From IMG/VR virus record IMGVR_UViG_3300027766_000001: DNA of 64,000 nucleotides, one strand, 5' to 3'. Numbering within the stretch: the stretch's first letter is position 1; every line of letters begins with the position of its first letter. Made by a program: the position numbers and the translations under genes. The stretch comes from a virus. Its lineage: Duplodnaviria > Caudoviricetes. The notes beneath the pieces are model-generated. The model saw only the letters and a list, made by a program, of their open reading frames with translations, had not been told where the DNA came from and searched no databases. Positions 63,877 through 64,000 of this stretch are shown here, one piece after another.

Positions 63877-64000
63877 ATGTTACCAGTTGTCACTGGCGTG
63901 GTTACATTAGCTACGACTTTAGCATCGCTGGCTAGTTGGTTTTCCAAAGCCAAAGAGAAAGCAAAAGACGCAGGCATCGATCTGGATAAAACCCTGCAGG
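63877..64000 (+). CDS. head/inner-body protein N-terminus, 3'-truncated (phiKZ gp89-like position)
   Basis: AAAGGAG RBS; MLPVVTGVVTLATTLASLASWFSKAKEK runs off the window. Confidence 0.55.
   Translation, partial: MLPVVTGVVTLATTLASLASWFSKAKEKAKDAGIDLDKTLQ

Noticed and set aside
1-64000. tRNA, rRNA, CRISPR arrays, integrases, introns, inteins
   Set aside because: No cloverleaf, repeat-spacer array, recombinase motif, or intein/intron-sized insertion in the polymerase, RNAP or helicase genes was recognised by eye; tRNAscan-SE and Infernal would be needed to exclude them formally

Overview
The window is 64 kb of a nucleus-forming jumbo phage genome (Chimalliviridae, phiKZ/SPN3US-like). The strongly enterobacterial codon usage of the highly expressed genes suggests an Enterobacterales host. 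Gene order follows the phiKZ gp49-gp89 core: split family-B DNA polymerase (two halves about 50 kb apart), chimallin (chmA), four non-virion RNA polymerase subunits, SbcD-like nuclease, chmC, the import factor picA/imp1, SF2 helicase, a virion RNAP beta' piece, and head and baseplate proteins. Accessory blocks lie at about 9-14 kb, 30-39 kb and 44-53 kb. The phiKZ gp numbers come from motifs plus synteny recalled from the literature, not from a database search. No tRNA, rRNA, CRISPR array, integrase, intron or intein was seen. Top observations: (1) an apparent -1 programmed frameshift on U-UUU-UUU at 39915-39921 that fuses the gp77-like gene to the next ORF in the manner of a G/GT tail-assembly chaperone (686 aa); (2) an SSB-like acidic tip (FDDSIPF) on ChmC; (3) a strand-oriented TTATGC(CG) motif after roughly 16 terminator hairpins; (4) three paralogous degenerate GIY-YIG/NUMOD1-like proteins; (5) four stand-alone late cassettes whose products share an ML(E/D)-hydrophobic N-terminus; (6) a prion-like Q/P/M tail on the gene next to picA; (7) an M48-like membrane metallopeptidase among the head proteins.
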